Both the position numbers and the translations under genes were made by a program. A DNA stretch of 64,000 nucleotides, from assembly GCA_947084955.1 (NCBI GenBank), contig CAMTUO010000033.1, positions 8,164-72,163 on the forward strand, given 5' to 3'. The notes under the pieces were generated by a model. The model was given only the letters and a program-made list of their open reading frames with translations. It made no database searches and had not been told where the DNA came from. The first letter of the stretch is position 1; each line of letters opens with the position of its first letter. Below are positions 19,966-29,561 of the stretch, in pieces. This DNA is from an uncultured Gallionella sp. GTDB lineage: Bacteria > Pseudomonadota > Gammaproteobacteria > Burkholderiales > Gallionellaceae.

Positions 19966-20384
19966 ATCTGAATGATCTGCAACACGCATGGCAGGAATTC
20001 AACCGCGCCACGCACATTTCACCTGTCCGCAATGAAAAGCACTATACCGAAATGGTGCAGTTGGCTGACGCTCTGACCGAGGTCATCGGCAGCGCGAAGA
20101 AACACCCGTTGCTGGATTTGTTTGATCTGGTTTCGGAGTTGATTCGCTCTTATGACGCCGAGCATTATGCCGTCCCAGATGCGCCGCCGAGCGAAGTATT
20201 GCGTTTCCTGATGGATCAGCACGGACTGGCTCAGTCGGACTTGCCGGAAGTGGGAAATCAGAGCGTGGTATCCATGTTGTTATCCGGTACACGGCAATTG
20301 AATGTGCGCCAGATTCAGGCATTGGCGGCAAGATTTCATGTATCGCCTGGCGTGTTTATAGAAAAAGCAGGAACGCTGCATTAA
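19962..20384 (+). CDS. higA: HigA-family antitoxin (HTH)
   Basis: LRFLMDQHGLAQSDLPEVGNQSVVSMLLSGTRQLNVRQI; ATGA overlap with the toxin gene. Confidence 0.88.
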   Translation: MNLNDLQHAWQEFNRATHISPVRNEKHYTEMVQLADALTEVIGSAKKHPLLDLFDLVSELIRSYDAEHYAVPDAPPSEVLRFLMDQHGLAQSDLPEVGNQSVVSMLLSGTRQLNVRQIQALAARFHVSPGVFIEKAGTLH

Positions 20385-20504
20385 TTTTAAAAGTCAGTCG
20401 TGCCTATAAAAGACGCACTGCGGTCTTGCCTTAACACGCTGATATCCAATCTGCTTCAAAATGGTTCAGCTTCAGAAGGAGGCAATGGGCCTTTACTTTA
20501 AAGT

Positions 20505-20579
20505 CAGCGTAGCCCGGATGCAATCCGGGAAGATCGGCGCATCGAAATCCCGGATTCCGCTGCGCGGCTTCCGGGCTAC
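20505..20579. repeat. Paired inverted REP (REPIN/BIME-like)
   Basis: GTAGCCCGGATGCAATCCGGGA ... TCCCGGATTCCGCTGCGCGGCTTCCGGGCTAC. Confidence 0.75.
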
Positions 20580-20585
20580 ATACTG

Positions 20586-20615
20586 AAAAAACGGCGCTCT
20601 TGGCGCCGTTTTTTT
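20586..20615. terminator. Bidirectional intrinsic terminator
   Basis: AAAAAACGGCGC-TCTTG-GCGCCGTTTTTTT between convergent genes. Confidence 0.8.
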
Positions 20616-20626
20616 ATAACACTTAA

Positions 20627-22660
20627 TCAGGGCGTCAGGGCAAAGGCGACGGCAGTCGAGGCGTCGTACTGGCTTTGCCGGGATATGCCGTTGATGGTCT
20701 TGGCATACACGTAAACGGCGGCATAGTACGCAGCGCTCGGGCAGGTTCCCAGCAGGGTGTCGACGTCTTTGTCAAACAGGAACGGCGCGAGACTGGCATT
20801 GCCGTCGACGCTGCATTCCGGCACGCCCGGTACCACGCCCTTGCCCGCCTTGCACAGCCGCCATGAAAAAGTCGCAAATTCAGGGATGGGGTGTGAGGCG
20901 ACGTAGACGATCTGCACATGCTGCGAGCGGTCGGTAAATTGCAGCATGCCGCATTCTGTGGTCGCGGAAATGCCGTTCACACTGGGCATTTCAACCATCG
21001 CTGCGCAGTGATGGTTGTCGATCAACACGGATTGCGTATGACTTACCAGTACGGTGCCCGCCGAGTTGATAAAATCGAGGGTAAAACTGTGCAGGCCGTC
21101 GGATAGCGTGCTGCTGTCCATGTACAGTCCCAGATTGGCGTTCATGTACCAGTCGCCCGGTTTATGGACGGCGTAACAGCCCGCCTTGCCGGCGACGGTC
21201 TTGGGCAGACTTTGCACGGGGATTTCATATTTGCCATTGGCGATGTTGAGTTTCAGATCCCACCAGGTATCCAGACGCGGCGCGCCGTCCACCAGCACCC
21301 GGTAATAGCTCACCGTGTCCAGCCAGGCCAGCGCGTGATTGACTTGCAGCGAAAGACTGCCGCCAAATGGTGCGTCCTTGGTGAACTGGTAGGGGTAGAC
21401 GGGTTGCGTCGTGGTATCCGCACGGCCGGCTGCGGTGATCAGATTCCACGGTACGAGGCCGATGCCCATGAACAACCCGGTTGCGGGCGTGATGCCGGCG
21501 AGCAGGTCGGCCAGATCGATTTCACTGTCGCAGCACACCAGAAGATGCGTGTTATCCCTCAACGCCACGCTGGAAGCCTGCGATCCCAGATTGAGCGCGA
21601 CCTGCCGCACGCTGTCGGCACGCGGCACGGTTTCAACGATCGTGATGCGATTGGCGGGTGCGCGCTCCGTGACAAACATCGCGGTTTGCGCCGCATCGGC
21701 CCAGGTGAGGAAAAACGGATTGACCAGATTGGATGCGATTTCAAGTCGCGTGCCGTCCTGCAAGTCATAGCGGCTGACGCGTCCGCCGCCGGTTTGCTCG
21801 GAGATATAGGCATAAGCCAGATCGGCAGACACCAGCAGACCGATGGCATAGACGAGTCCGTTCAGCAACACGGTTTGCTGAAGGGTGGAAAGATCGATGC
21901 GGATCAGGCGGCCGGGACTGGCATATTCGACGAGATACGCCTGCTGACGCACTTCGTCCAGATAAATCTGATGGGGCGCCTGCATGCCGCCGGCGATGAC
22001 CACGGCGGCCGCGCGATTGGCGTTGCTCAAATCTACTTTGAGCAGATTGCCGGTGCGCTCGGTCACATAGGCGGTGTTCTCATCCGCTGCGACGACGATA
22101 TCTTCGGGTGTCGCATAGCCCGTGCCGATGACGTGATACGCGCTGGCAAGCTTGTAGGTCACCCACTGGATGGAGAGATTGTAGCCGTATTGCACGATCT
22201 TGATTTTGCTGTAATTTCCCGCATTGGTGCGCGCAGCGAACACATCGCCTGCGATCAGCTGGTTGCTGGCATCGTTGTTGCCGGGTATCGGCGCCTTGCT
22301 GTAGTTCTGGGCCTGAAGCACGGCAGGCGTCACCGCTGTGAAACTCACCTTGCCCAGATTGACGAGGGACGCGCCGCTCACTGGCAGCATCTGCCGCTGA
22401 ATGCTGTCTATCTGTTCCCACCAGATATCGCCCGGCCCGTTCAGGTTGCCGTCCTGCTGTCCGGTTTCGCAATCGAAAACCCAGGTGCCCTTGAGGATGA
22501 CACTGCCCTTGGATACGATCCCGGCGAGCGGACGTATCATGTCCAGCAGGCTGAGATTCCCGCTGGCATATTCAACGAATGCCAGTTGATTGCGCTGTTT
22601 CAGGAACTGGCTGCCGATTGCCGCCGACAGGCCGTTTTGCAATATTGTCGTCATGATCAT
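20627..22660 (-). CDS. Uncharacterised 677-aa protein: probable six-bladed beta-propeller with an inserted domain and a C-terminal beta-rich region
   Basis: Repeated blade motifs (G-L/Y/M-x-x-P/A-x-x-I...AYVTE/AYLVE/AYISE...G-R/N-L); AAGGAG RBS; no clear signal peptide. Confidence 0.75.
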   Translation of the reverse strand: MIMTTILQNGLSAAIGSQFLKQRNQLAFVEYASGNLSLLDMIRPLAGIVSKGSVILKGTWVFDCETGQQDGNLNGPGDIWWEQIDSIQRQMLPVSGASLVNLGKVSFTAVTPAVLQAQNYSKAPIPGNNDASNQLIAGDVFAARTNAGNYSKIKIVQYGYNLSIQWVTYKLASAYHVIGTGYATPEDIVVAADENTAYVTERTGNLLKVDLSNANRAAAVVIAGGMQAPHQIYLDEVRQQAYLVEYASPGRLIRIDLSTLQQTVLLNGLVYAIGLLVSADLAYAYISEQTGGGRVSRYDLQDGTRLEIASNLVNPFFLTWADAAQTAMFVTERAPANRITIVETVPRADSVRQVALNLGSQASSVALRDNTHLLVCCDSEIDLADLLAGITPATGLFMGIGLVPWNLITAAGRADTTTQPVYPYQFTKDAPFGGSLSLQVNHALAWLDTVSYYRVLVDGAPRLDTWWDLKLNIANGKYEIPVQSLPKTVAGKAGCYAVHKPGDWYMNANLGLYMDSSTLSDGLHSFTLDFINSAGTVLVSHTQSVLIDNHHCAAMVEMPSVNGISATTECGMLQFTDRSQHVQIVYVASHPIPEFATFSWRLCKAGKGVVPGVPECSVDGNASLAPFLFDKDVDTLLGTCPSAAYYAAVYVYAKTINGISRQSQYDASTAVAFALTP

Positions 22661-22887
22661 TTTCTCCTTGAAGGTTTAGGAAACTATTGATTTCAGGCTT
22701 TGTAAATCAGATGCTGCGGCTTACGGGGTGCGACACTGACAGAGTTGATTTGAATCCACAATATGCCGGAATGCATAGATAATTGGGCCTAGTCAGGAAT
22801 CGTATGGCGGCGATTGCGCACTTACGCCTGATTGCATAAGGGCGAGCGCATGGCTTACACTGCACCGGTTTTTAAATGGGAGCGGGT

Positions 22888-24159
22888 ATGTCGGCATTGA
22901 GTCGCAACGATTACCGGACACTGGGGCTGTCTGCGCTGGGCGGCGCGCTGGAGTTTTACGATTTCGTCATCTTCGTGTTTTTCGCGGTGGTGATCGGCAA
23001 GCTGTTTTTCCCGCCGGATATGCCGGACTGGTTAAGGCAATTGCAGACCTTCGGGATTTTTGCCGCCGGCTACCTTGCGCGTCCGCTGGGCGGTATCGTG
23101 ATGGCGCACTTTGGCGACCTGGCCGGGCGCAAGCGGATGTTCATGCTGAGCATCCTCTTGATGTCGCTGCCGACACTGGCGATCGGCCTGCTGCCGACCT
23201 ATGCGGTGATCGGTATCTGGGCACCGCTGCTGCTGCTGGCGTTGCGTATCCTGCAGGGCGCGGCCATCGGCGGGGAAGTGCCGGGCGCCTGGGTGTTTGT
23301 CTCTGAGCATGTGCATGCGCGTCATGTGGGAGTTGCCTGCGGCATCCTCACGGCAGGCTTGACCGGCGGAATATTGCTGGGCTCCCTGGTCGCCACCGCG
23401 ATTCATCAGATTTATACGCCGGAGGAACTGCTCGCGCGCGGCTGGCGCATGCCGTTTATTCTGGGTGGGCTGTTTGGCCTGTTGTCGGTGTGGTTGCGTC
23501 AGTGGCTGCATGAGACGCCTGTGTTCCGGGAAATGCAGGCGCGGCAGATGCTGGCGCGTGAACTGCCGCTGAAAACCGTGATACGCGAACATCGCGCGTC
23601 CGTGATTCTGACCATGGCAATGACCTGGCTGTTGTCGGCGGCGATCATCGTGATGATACTGATGACGCCGGTTCTGGTGCAGAAACTGTATGCAATTCCG
23701 GCGGCCGTGGCGCTGCATGCGAACAGCATTGCGACCCTGACGCTGAGTATCGGCTGTATCGTGTTTGGCGCGCTCGCCGACCGCTTCGGGGCGGGGCGGG
23801 TGTTGATCGCGGGCTGTGTGATGATGGGTTTTTCGTCTGTGCTGTTCTACAATCAGATGGCCGTTGCGCCGCAAAATATCGATGCGTTGTATGCGCTGAG
23901 CGGGTTCTTTGTCGGGGTGATCGCCGTGGTGCCCAGTGCGGCAGTACGGGCGTTTCCGCCTGTGGTACGGTTTTCCGGACTGTCGTTTTCCTATAACGTG
24001 GCGTATGCGGTATTCGGCGGACTCACGCCGGTACTGGTGAGCATGCTGTTACCGCTGGATCCGCTGGCGCCGGCGCACTATGTGTTGCTGTTAAGTTGCG
24101 TGGGCGTGCTGATTGGCCTGTATTTGTGGCGCACGGAGCAGGGTGGATACGACAGATAG
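22888..24159 (+). CDS. MFS transporter, metabolite:H+ symporter (MHS) family
   Basis: LEFYDF, ARPLGG...GDLAGRK, GGEVPGA and WRMPFILG; about 12 TM helices. Confidence 0.9.
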   Translation: MSALSRNDYRTLGLSALGGALEFYDFVIFVFFAVVIGKLFFPPDMPDWLRQLQTFGIFAAGYLARPLGGIVMAHFGDLAGRKRMFMLSILLMSLPTLAIGLLPTYAVIGIWAPLLLLALRILQGAAIGGEVPGAWVFVSEHVHARHVGVACGILTAGLTGGILLGSLVATAIHQIYTPEELLARGWRMPFILGGLFGLLSVWLRQWLHETPVFREMQARQMLARELPLKTVIREHRASVILTMAMTWLLSAAIIVMILMTPVLVQKLYAIPAAVALHANSIATLTLSIGCIVFGALADRFGAGRVLIAGCVMMGFSSVLFYNQMAVAPQNIDALYALSGFFVGVIAVVPSAAVRAFPPVVRFSGLSFSYNVAYAVFGGLTPVLVSMLLPLDPLAPAHYVLLLSCVGVLIGLYLWRTEQGGYDR

Positions 24160-24225
24160 GTTTTTTATGCGACAATGCGCAATTCGCCGGCGCAGGCTGG
24201 CGCAGACAGCTTAATAGGGTAAAAC

Positions 24226-25194
24226 GTGTTTTTAGAAAACTTCAATCAATTGCTGGCAACCGATATGGCTGCGGTCGATCAGGTGATACGCAAACGCCTG
24301 CACTCGGAAGTGGCTCTGGTGAATCAGGTCGGTGAATACATCATTAACAGCGGTGGCAAGCGGCTGCGTCCGGCGCTGGTCGTGCTGTCCGCGCACGCCT
24401 TTGGCTATCAGGGGACGCATCACCATGATCTGGCGGCCGTGGTTGAATTTATCCATACGGCGACCCTGTTGCATGACGATGTGGTGGATGAATCCGGCTT
24501 GCGCCGCGGACGTGAGACAGCCAATGCGCTGTTCGGCAATGCAGCCTCCGTGCTGGTGGGTGATTTTCTGTATTCGCGCGCGTTCCAGATGATGGTTGAA
24601 GTGGGTGAAATGCGCGTGATGCAGACACTGGCCGATGCGACCAACGTGATCGCCGAAGGCGAGGTGTTGCAGTTGCTCAATTGCAACGACGCCGACGTGG
24701 ATGCGGAAAATTATATGCGCGTGATCCACTACAAAACGGCCAAGCTGTTCGAGGCGGCGATGCGCCTCGGTGCGATTCTGAGTCAGGCTTCCCGTGAAGA
24801 TGAGGCTGCTGCGGCGGTCTATGGCATGCATCTGGGTACGGCCTTCCAGCTGATCGACGATGTGCTGGATTACTCGGCCGATGAACTGGCGACCGGCAAG
24901 CATCTGGGCGACGATCTGGCCGAGGGCAAGCCGACCTTGCCGCTGATTTATGCGATGCAGCACGGCACGCCCGAACAGGCGAATGTCGTGCGGGAGGCGA
25001 TTGAACAGGGCGATGTGAACAAGTTTACCGAGGTGCTGCAAATTATCAATGTCACCGGCGCGCTGAATTTCACACGATTGCAGGCCATGCGCGAGGTGGA
25101 ACTGGCCTGTGCGGCGATCGGGGGCATGCCCGATTCAAAATATAAAAGCTGTTTGCTTGAACTTGCGCACTTTGCTGCGACGAGACAATACTAA
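24226..25194 (+). CDS. ispB: Octaprenyl diphosphate synthase
   Basis: GGKRLRP, LLHDDVVD...RRG, FQLIDDVLD and DDLAEGKPT. Confidence 0.92.
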   Translation: MFLENFNQLLATDMAAVDQVIRKRLHSEVALVNQVGEYIINSGGKRLRPALVVLSAHAFGYQGTHHHDLAAVVEFIHTATLLHDDVVDESGLRRGRETANALFGNAASVLVGDFLYSRAFQMMVEVGEMRVMQTLADATNVIAEGEVLQLLNCNDADVDAENYMRVIHYKTAKLFEAAMRLGAILSQASREDEAAAAVYGMHLGTAFQLIDDVLDYSADELATGKHLGDDLAEGKPTLPLIYAMQHGTPEQANVVREAIEQGDVNKFTEVLQIINVTGALNFTRLQAMREVELACAAIGGMPDSKYKSCLLELAHFAATRQY

Positions 25195-25237
25195 CGGGCT
25201 TGGCAAGTAGCCAACCCAAATAATGAAACTTGCCAAG

Positions 25238-25303
25238 CCCGTTTCCCTCACCCAAACCCTCTCCCGGAGGGAGAGGGGACAAACGAATCGCTGCGCGAGT
25301 TTC
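25238..25303. repeat. REP-like element (CCCTCACCC family), copy 2
   Basis: CCCGTTTCCCTCACCCAAACCCTCTCCCGGAGGGAGAGGG...GAATCGCTGCGCGAGTTT; matches 12606-12670. Confidence 0.75.
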
Positions 25304-25321
25304 ACGTTAACGCGTTGACGG

Positions 25322-25398
25322 CGGGGTGTAGCTCAGGCAGGTTGTGTGCTACGTTCGGAACGTAGAAGCCGAAGGTTCGAATCCTTTTACCCCGACCA
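25322..25398 (+). tRNA. tRNA-Pro(CGG), degenerate, possibly a pseudo-tRNA
   Basis: 77 nt. Acceptor stem CGGGGTG/TACCCCG, anticodon arm CTACG-TTCGGAA-CGTAG, T-loop TTCGAAT, encoded ACCA end. The D-stem is mispaired. Confidence 0.75.
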
Positions 25399-25410
25399 AC
25401 AGGAGTTTTC

Positions 25411-25617
25411 ATGAGTCGTCTGTTATTTGTGTTCGCCATTGCGGCTGTCGTCTACCTGTTGTTTAAATCCTACAGCAAGGCACCCCCTGAAAAAAAACCG
25501 ACGCTGACGGAAGACATGGTGCGTTGTGCGCACTGCGGCGTACACTTGCCCGTCGGTGAGAGCCTGCGTGCGGGTGAGCAGTACTATTGTTGCGCCGCGC
25601 ACCGCGATGCGCAATAG
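25411..25617 (+). CDS. PP0621-family small protein (N-terminal TM, Zn-finger-like)
   Basis: EDMVRCAHCGVHLP...YYCCAAH; typical position upstream of pilS. Confidence 0.85.
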   Translation: MSRLLFVFAIAAVVYLLFKSYSKAPPEKKPTLTEDMVRCAHCGVHLPVGESLRAGEQYYCCAAHRDAQ

Positions 25618-25625
25618 GCGGTCTC

Positions 25626-27260
25626 TTGGATGCACCGATCAATAGCGTTGATGACACACTGGCTGATGCCACTCCCGCCGATTTCTGGCGTTCGCTGAAT
25701 TATTTCAATTTTTACCGGCTGATCCTGGTCGGTTTTATCGTTCTGTTTGCGCTGATATTTGACGCACGATCGATGTTCGGCGTGGAAAAGGGCCGCCTGT
25801 TTCTGGTGACCGGCCTGATCTATGCACTTGTCGTGATTCTGTCATTCATCCCGTTGCAACTGCGTTGGCTGAAATTCTCCTGGCAACTGGCATTGCAGGT
25901 ATGCAGCGACATCGTCGCGCTGACCGTGCTGGCGCATGCCAGCGGCGGGGTGCAAAGCAGCGTCGGACTGTTGCTGATGGTATCCATGGCCGTGGCGGGC
26001 ATCATCAGTCGCGGCAGAATCACCCTGTTTTTTGCCTCGCTGGCCAGCATTTTTGCCTTGCTGGAACATGCGTTTTCGGTGCTGTATGACGATGCGCATG
26101 CGGCGCAGTTTTTGCAGGTCGGCTTTCTGTGCGTGGCCTATTTTGCGGTGGCGGGTCTTGCGCATAAGCTGGCGCAGTATGCACTGGAAAGTCAGAAACT
26201 GGCCCAGCGTCGCGGACGCGACCTGATCGGCATGGCGGAAGCGAACCGGCTGGTGATGCGCGACATGCAGGACGGGGTGCTGGTGGTGGATGAACACGAC
26301 CACATCGTGCAGATGAACCCCAGTGCAGCACGTATGTTGCATAAGGACGGTGCGCCCGGTGGGCAGCTGGCAGCCAGTTTTCCGATGCTGTATGCGCAAT
26401 ATGCTGCGTGGAAGGATCATGCGGAGAACGCCCGTATTACCTTGCCGCTGGACGGCGGTTTGCAGGCCAGATTGCGCTTTGTCGGCGTGGCGCTGGATGC
26501 TGCGCAGGGGGCGGTGATTTTTCTGGAGGATATGCAGCATGTGCAGGCGGAAGCGCAGCAGATCAAGCTTGCAGCGCTGGGCCGATTGACGGCGAATCTG
26601 GCGCATGAAGTGCGCAATCCGTTGTCCGCCATCAGTTATGCGACTGAGCTGTTGCAGGAAGAAGCGAATGACGCCAGGCAGGCGCGCCTGCTGCATCTGA
26701 TACGGGAAAACACGCAGCGCATCAACCGGATCGTCGAGGATGTGATGCAGCTCAACCGGCGGGATCGGGCACGCCCTGAAACCTTTGATCTGGCGGCAAT
26801 GCTGCCGGTGTTCATCGATGAATTCAATCAGGCTGAGCGCGTCGCGCCCGGTGTGCTGGTGTTGCAGGCTAAACAGGATTATGCGATGAATTTTGATCGC
26901 GGGCATTTCAGGCAAGTGTTGTGGAATCTGTGCCGCAATGCCCTGCATTACGGGCGTCATTTGCCGGGCAGCCTTAGCTTGGCCGTCGGGCTTGCGCATG
27001 GCCGCGTGATACTGGATGTGTTTGACGATGGTCCGGGGATTAACCCTGAGCAGCAGTCCAAACTGTTTGAACCGTTTTTTACCACGGCTGAGCAGGGCAC
27101 CGGGCTGGGGTTATATATTGCGAAGGAATTGTGCGAGGCGAACGGCGCCTGGCTGGCTTATCATGACCGGCAGGGAAAAACGGGTGTGCAGGGGGCCTGC
27201 TTCCGCATCACCTTCGGGGAAATGCGGGCGGAGAAACACCTCGGGAGGGACGATGAATGA
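25626..27260 (+). CDS. pilS: PilS-like sensor histidine kinase
   Basis: About six N-terminal TM helices, PAS-like region, H-box AHEVRNPL and G-boxes DDGPG / GTGLGL. Confidence 0.8.
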   Translation: MDAPINSVDDTLADATPADFWRSLNYFNFYRLILVGFIVLFALIFDARSMFGVEKGRLFLVTGLIYALVVILSFIPLQLRWLKFSWQLALQVCSDIVALTVLAHASGGVQSSVGLLLMVSMAVAGIISRGRITLFFASLASIFALLEHAFSVLYDDAHAAQFLQVGFLCVAYFAVAGLAHKLAQYALESQKLAQRRGRDLIGMAEANRLVMRDMQDGVLVVDEHDHIVQMNPSAARMLHKDGAPGGQLAASFPMLYAQYAAWKDHAENARITLPLDGGLQARLRFVGVALDAAQGAVIFLEDMQHVQAEAQQIKLAALGRLTANLAHEVRNPLSAISYATELLQEEANDARQARLLHLIRENTQRINRIVEDVMQLNRRDRARPETFDLAAMLPVFIDEFNQAERVAPGVLVLQAKQDYAMNFDRGHFRQVLWNLCRNALHYGRHLPGSLSLAVGLAHGRVILDVFDDGPGINPEQQSKLFEPFFTTAEQGTGLGLYIAKELCEANGAWLAYHDRQGKTGVQGACFRITFGEMRAEKHLGRDDE

Positions 27261-28623
27261 CGAAGTGAAACAGGCGGAGCGGGGGGCACAAGAGCGTGTC
27301 GTGCTGCTGGTGGACGACGAGCCGGATATCCTTGAGTTGCTGGAGATGACGTTGCTGCGGATGGGGCTGGTGGTGGATAAGGCGGGCGGGGTCAAACAGG
27401 CCTTGCACAAACTGGCTGCGCGACACTACGATCTTTGCCTGACCGATATGCGCATGCCCGATGGCGACGGGCTGGAAGTGGTGCAATATATCGCCAAAAA
27501 CAATCTGGATGTGCCGGTGGCCGTGATTACCGCGCATGGCAATATGGAAAATGCGATTACCGTGCTCAAAGCAGGCGCCTTTGATTATCTGGCCAAACCG
27601 CTCTCGCTGGAGCAATTGCGCAATCTGGTCAAATCTGCGTTGAGCCTGCCGCAGGCGGGACCCGCAGCCGATAAACAGTTGCTGGGCCATGCGCCGGCGA
27701 TGCAGAAGGTGCGCGATCTGATCGAACGGGTGGCGCGCAGTCAGGCGCCGGTGCATATCTGCGGGGAGTCGGGCAGCGGTAAGGAACTGGCTGCCCGACT
27801 CATCGTGCAAAGGGGGCCGCGCAGCAGTCAGCCGGTGATTGCAGTGAACTGCGGCGCGATCCCGGAAAACCTGATGGAGAGCGAATTTTTCGGGCATAAA
27901 AAAGGCGCGTTTACCGGGGCGGACAAGGATAAGGAAGGCTTCTTTCAGGCGGCAAACGGCGGCACGCTGTTTCTGGACGAGGTGGCTGACTTGCCGCTGC
28001 AGATGCAGGTCAAGTTGCTGCGCGTGATTCAGGAAAAACGCGTTCGGAAAGTGGGGGCGACTTCTGAAGAGCCGGTTGATGTGCGCATCATCAGCGCGAC
28101 GCATAACGACCTGGCTGAGCGTGTCAAGCTGGGGCGGTTTCGCCAGGATCTGTATTATCGCCTGAACGTGATTCCCATTCAGATGCCGGCTTTGCGCGAA
28201 TTGCGCGAGGATGTGCTGGAGATTGCACGGAAAATGTTGGAGCGCCTGCGCGGCGACGTGCTGGTGCGGTTTTCAGACGAGGCCTTATGTGCGTTGCAAG
28301 CATATGATTTTCCTGGTAATGTTCGCGAACTTGAAAACATCATCGAACGCGCGCTGGCCTTATGCTCGGATGGATTGATTGTGGTGGAGGATTTATATCT
28401 GGGGCCGGTCGCGCACCACGATGCCGCAGATCTGGGTGATAAATATCCCTTGCCGGAATATCTGGACCGGGTTGAAAAGGAGGCCCTGCTGGAGGCGTTA
28501 CAGCAGACCGGTTTTAACCGGACTGCGGCCGCCAAGTTGCTGGGGCTGACATTCCGTACCATGCGCTATCGCATGGAGCGATTGGGGATCAAAAGCCCGG
28601 ATGATGGCCATGATGCTGAATGA
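27253..28623 (+). CDS. pilR: PilR-like sigma54-dependent response regulator
   Basis: REC domain, GESGSGKE, GAFTGA and a C-terminal Fis HTH. Confidence 0.85.
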   Translation: MNDEVKQAERGAQERVVLLVDDEPDILELLEMTLLRMGLVVDKAGGVKQALHKLAARHYDLCLTDMRMPDGDGLEVVQYIAKNNLDVPVAVITAHGNMENAITVLKAGAFDYLAKPLSLEQLRNLVKSALSLPQAGPAADKQLLGHAPAMQKVRDLIERVARSQAPVHICGESGSGKELAARLIVQRGPRSSQPVIAVNCGAIPENLMESEFFGHKKGAFTGADKDKEGFFQAANGGTLFLDEVADLPLQMQVKLLRVIQEKRVRKVGATSEEPVDVRIISATHNDLAERVKLGRFRQDLYYRLNVIPIQMPALRELREDVLEIARKMLERLRGDVLVRFSDEALCALQAYDFPGNVRELENIIERALALCSDGLIVVEDLYLGPVAHHDAADLGDKYPLPEYLDRVEKEALLEALQQTGFNRTAAAKLLGLTFRTMRYRMERLGIKSPDDGHDAE

Positions 28624-29245
28624 TGGCTGGCTGGCAGGTGCCGAACGCATAGCTTCGCCCAACTTCGATGCGCGAGAGACCGGGGAAATCGACCTGCTGG
28701 TGATACACAACATCAGTCTGCCGCCTGACGAGTTCGGCGGCATGGGGGTGCAGCAGTTGTTTACCAATACCCTGAATCGCGACGAACATCCCTATTACCG
28801 CACGATCCCCGAAGGGCGGGTGTCATCGCATTTTTATATACGCCGCGACGGACACTTGATTCAGTTTGTCTCTGCGTTGCAGCGCGCCTGGCATGCGGGC
28901 GCATCCAGCTGGCAGGGGCGCGCGCGCTGCAATGATTTCGCCATCGGCATTGAGCTCGAAGGCAGCGATAATGTGCCGTTTACCGATGCACAGTATGCGG
29001 TATTGCACGAGCTGACACTCGCCCTGCGCGCAGCCTTGCCGATACGCGGTATCGCCGGTCACAGCCACATCGCCCCCGGTCGCAAGACCGATCCCGGCCC
29101 GTATTTCGACTGGCTGCGTTATCTCACCCGATTGCCTCTGCACAGGTGTAACCCGCCCTACAAGATGCCGATGAACTCCGAGTCGCAAAACTTTGAAGCG
29201 CGGCAGGCGGAGGCGGAGACTCATACAACGACCATGAATCCATAA
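28610..29245 (+). CDS. ampD: 1,6-anhydro-N-acetylmuramyl-L-alanine amidase with a replaced, extended C-terminus
   Basis: HNISLPP, VSSHF, RAWHAG, CNDFAIGIELEG and GHSHIAPGRKTDPG. Confidence 0.92.
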   Translation: MMLNDGWLAGAERIASPNFDARETGEIDLLVIHNISLPPDEFGGMGVQQLFTNTLNRDEHPYYRTIPEGRVSSHFYIRRDGHLIQFVSALQRAWHAGASSWQGRARCNDFAIGIELEGSDNVPFTDAQYAVLHELTLALRAALPIRGIAGHSHIAPGRKTDPGPYFDWLRYLTRLPLHRCNPPYKMPMNSESQNFEARQAEAETHTTTMNP

Positions 29246-29261
29246 AATAGATTTTATCGGG

Positions 29262-29311
29262 TTGTATCGCTGGCAAAGGCGCTATATGATGTGACTATAT
29301 TTATGGTCACA
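29262..29311 (+). promoter_or_regulatory. Promoter and palindromic operator of the Phd/VapC operon
   Basis: TTGTAT-17 bp-TATGAT; TGTGAC-N10-GTCACA at 29290-29311. Confidence 0.6.
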
Positions 29312-29324
29312 AATGGAGAATGAT

Positions 29325-29561
29325 ATGCAATCAATGAGTATGGCTCATGCTAAAGCGCATTTGAGTGATTTGCTGAACACGGTTGAGTCCGGCGGGGAGG
29401 TTGTTATCACTCGACATGGACGTCCCGTGGCGAGGGTGATTCCGGTTAGTCCGGTTAAACAATTGATACCGCTGCAGCATTTGGCCGATCTGCGTCGGCA
29501 GGTTCCCGCCTGGCAAAAGAGCAGTACGTTGCTGCTTGGCGAGTTGCGCGACGCAGAATGA
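29325..29561 (+). CDS. Phd/YefM-family antitoxin
   Basis: AKAHLSDLLNTVESGGEVVITRHGRPVARV. Confidence 0.9.
   Translation: MQSMSMAHAKAHLSDLLNTVESGGEVVITRHGRPVARVIPVSPVKQLIPLQHLADLRRQVPAWQKSSTLLLGELRDAE

Noticed and set aside
21164-22690. 508-aa plus-strand ORF
   Set aside because: Antisense to the 677-aa gene, which has an RBS, repeat structure and a terminator.
25322-25398. tRNA as a prophage or island attachment site
   Set aside because: No duplicate of its 3' end and no integrase was seen in the window; the flanking genes are core genes.
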